From: a candidate division WOR-3 bacterium
GTDB lineage: Bacteria; Hydrothermota; Hydrothermia; LBFQ01; DSFT01
Assembly: GCA_965649115.1 (NCBI GenBank)
Contig: CBFGJN010000021.1
Coordinates: 1-27,736 of the forward strand
Length of the DNA stretch: 27,736 nt
Direction of reading: 5' to 3'
Shown here: piece by piece, positions 26,514 through 27,736 of the stretch
Numbering within the stretch: the stretch's first letter is position 1
Layout: each line of letters begins with the position of its first letter
The notes under the pieces: model-generated
What the model was told of the DNA's origin: nothing
The model's database searches: none
The model's input: the letters and a program-made list of their open reading frames with translations, nothing else
Position numbers and translations under genes: made by a program

Positions 26514-27270
26514 TGCAATTATTTTTAGTAGCATTATTTCAATTATTCTTGGACTATTATCATTCTTTGTTGTTTCAAGGAATTTAGAATTTGCTGGAAC
26601 TGGTATTTCCCATGCAGTATTTGGAGGAATTGCTATTGGCATTGCTCTAAATATAAATCCATTAATTAGTGCTTTAATTTTTTCAATAATAATATCAATT
26701 TTAATAGTTCAGAGTTCTTATAAACAATCTGAAAATACTGCTATTGGAATAATATTTCCTCTATCCATAGCAATAGGAATCATTATCCTCGTGAAATTTT
26801 CAAGAAACTACCAAGACATTTGGTCATATTTATTCGGGAATATTTTTCTTATGAGATTTGAAGATTTTTTAATTTTTTTAATTTACTCAGCTATTATATT
26901 AATTTTTATATTTTTGACATTTAAAAAACTTATTTTTATATCATTTCACAAAGAATTAGCACAAGCAAATGGTATAAATGTTAAGTATTATGACTATTTA
27001 TTTTTTATTATTCTTTCAATTGGCATTGTTTTATCATCAAAGCTGCTTGGAATTATTTTAGCTACCTCATTTTTAGTGATACCTTCTGCAATAAGTTTTA
27101 ACCTGTTTAAGGGAGTGATTAAAAATATTATTTTTTCATCAATTTTTGCTTTGACTTTTACAATCTTGGGAATAATTATATCTTATATTTTTGATATACC
27201 TACGGGTTCAACAATTGTTTTAATTTCATCAATTTTTTATCTTTTAACAATTTTAAGAATAAAAAGATGA
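26503..27270 (+). CDS. znuB: Zn/Mn ABC transporter permease
   Basis: GISHAVFGG, YLFGNI, LLGIILATSFLVIP and DIPTGSTIVL (ABC-3 family). Confidence 0.85.
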   Translation: MLISAIIFSSIISIILGLLSFFVVSRNLEFAGTGISHAVFGGIAIGIALNINPLISALIFSIIISILIVQSSYKQSENTAIGIIFPLSIAIGIIILVKFSRNYQDIWSYLFGNIFLMRFEDFLIFLIYSAIILIFIFLTFKKLIFISFHKELAQANGINVKYYDYLFFIILSIGIVLSSKLLGIILATSFLVIPSAISFNLFKGVIKNIIFSSIFALTFTILGIIISYIFDIPTGSTIVLISSIFYLLTILRIKR

Positions 27271-27299
27271 AGCTCTTGATTTTTTGCTCCAAGGCATAA

Positions 27300-27432
27300 G
27301 AATAGGGATTTATAATTAAGAACCTATCCCCCATAGGCAAAAGATGGGTTATTTTAAAGCTAAAAGCTTGATTTCAATGTAGGTGGGGAAAAATAAGGAA
27401 TAATAATAATTTCAGAATTACTAGACACAGCA
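27300..27432 (+). repeat. Right-half copy of the element in tandem with the full copy
   Basis: AAGCTAAAAGCTT 27357-27369, GGTGGGGAAAAATAA, and AGAATTACTAGACACAGCA ending at 27432. Confidence 0.65.
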
Positions 27433-27441
27433 ACCCACCAC

Positions 27442-27646
27442 TGCTTTGTCTAGTAAATAGTGTTAAGTAATTGGTAGTCAATAACCTATTAAAATTTTAA
27501 TAAATTATTTGATTTATCGGGGGTTTTAAAGGGGGGCAAAGCCCCCCGAAGCCGAAATATGGGTATTTTAAAGCCGAAGGCTTAAATATAGGGTGAGTGG
27601 GGAAAATATAGAAAAATAAATAATTTCAGAATTACTAGACACACCA
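27442..27646 (+). mobile_element. Full-length ~205-bp MITE/REP-like element
   Basis: TIRs TGCTTTGTCTAGTAA and TTACTAGACACACCA; hairpins GGGGGGCAAAGCCCCCC (27531-27547) and AAGCCGAAGGCTT (27571-27583). Confidence 0.75.
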
Positions 27647-27675
27647 TATTTTTCCTATCCTTTAAAATTATAGTA

Positions 27676-27736
27676 TTGCTTTATCTAATTGATGGATATA
27701 ATTTATTGTACTCTTCATTTAGAGAATGGATTGAAA
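27676..27736 (+). CDS. 5' fragment of a PIN-fold nuclease (NYN/YacP-like), truncated by the window end
   Basis: TTG start 7 nt after TAAAAT; translates MLYLIDGYNLLYSSFREWIE with the IDGYN motif; not in the supplied ORF track. Confidence 0.6.
   Translation, partial: MLYLIDGYNLLYSSFREWIE

Overview
Very AT-rich, gene-dense bacterial chromosomal segment. A T9SS-type C-terminal domain, C25 protease, PorV-like barrel and thermophile-type disulfide oxidoreductase suggest an FCB-related thermophile such as WOR-3/Hydrothermae; this is inference only. Most genes are housekeeping: divIVA, SPFH, M42 peptidase, bshB1, ddl, plsX-rpmF-plsY, degP, accA, parAB, tRNA-Val and znuCB. Four features stand out. 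(1) A stand-alone long prokaryotic Argonaute (12762-14696) with an intact DEDD tetrad whose PIWI domain resembles the archaeal MjAgo/PfAgo clade, apparently co-transcribed with a DGGGPS-like UbiA prenyltransferase. (2) A family of ~205-bp non-coding elements with terminal inverted repeats, two covarying hairpins and IHF-like boxes, filling nearly every large intergenic gap and pointing toward a downstream promoter. (3) A CTTTA(A/T)AAT -10-like motif 6-11 nt before every operon-first start codon, implying general leaderless or near-leaderless transcription. (4) A parS palindrome over the parA promoter, and a CCA-less tRNA ending 2 nt before a TTG start. No CRISPR array or transposase is present.
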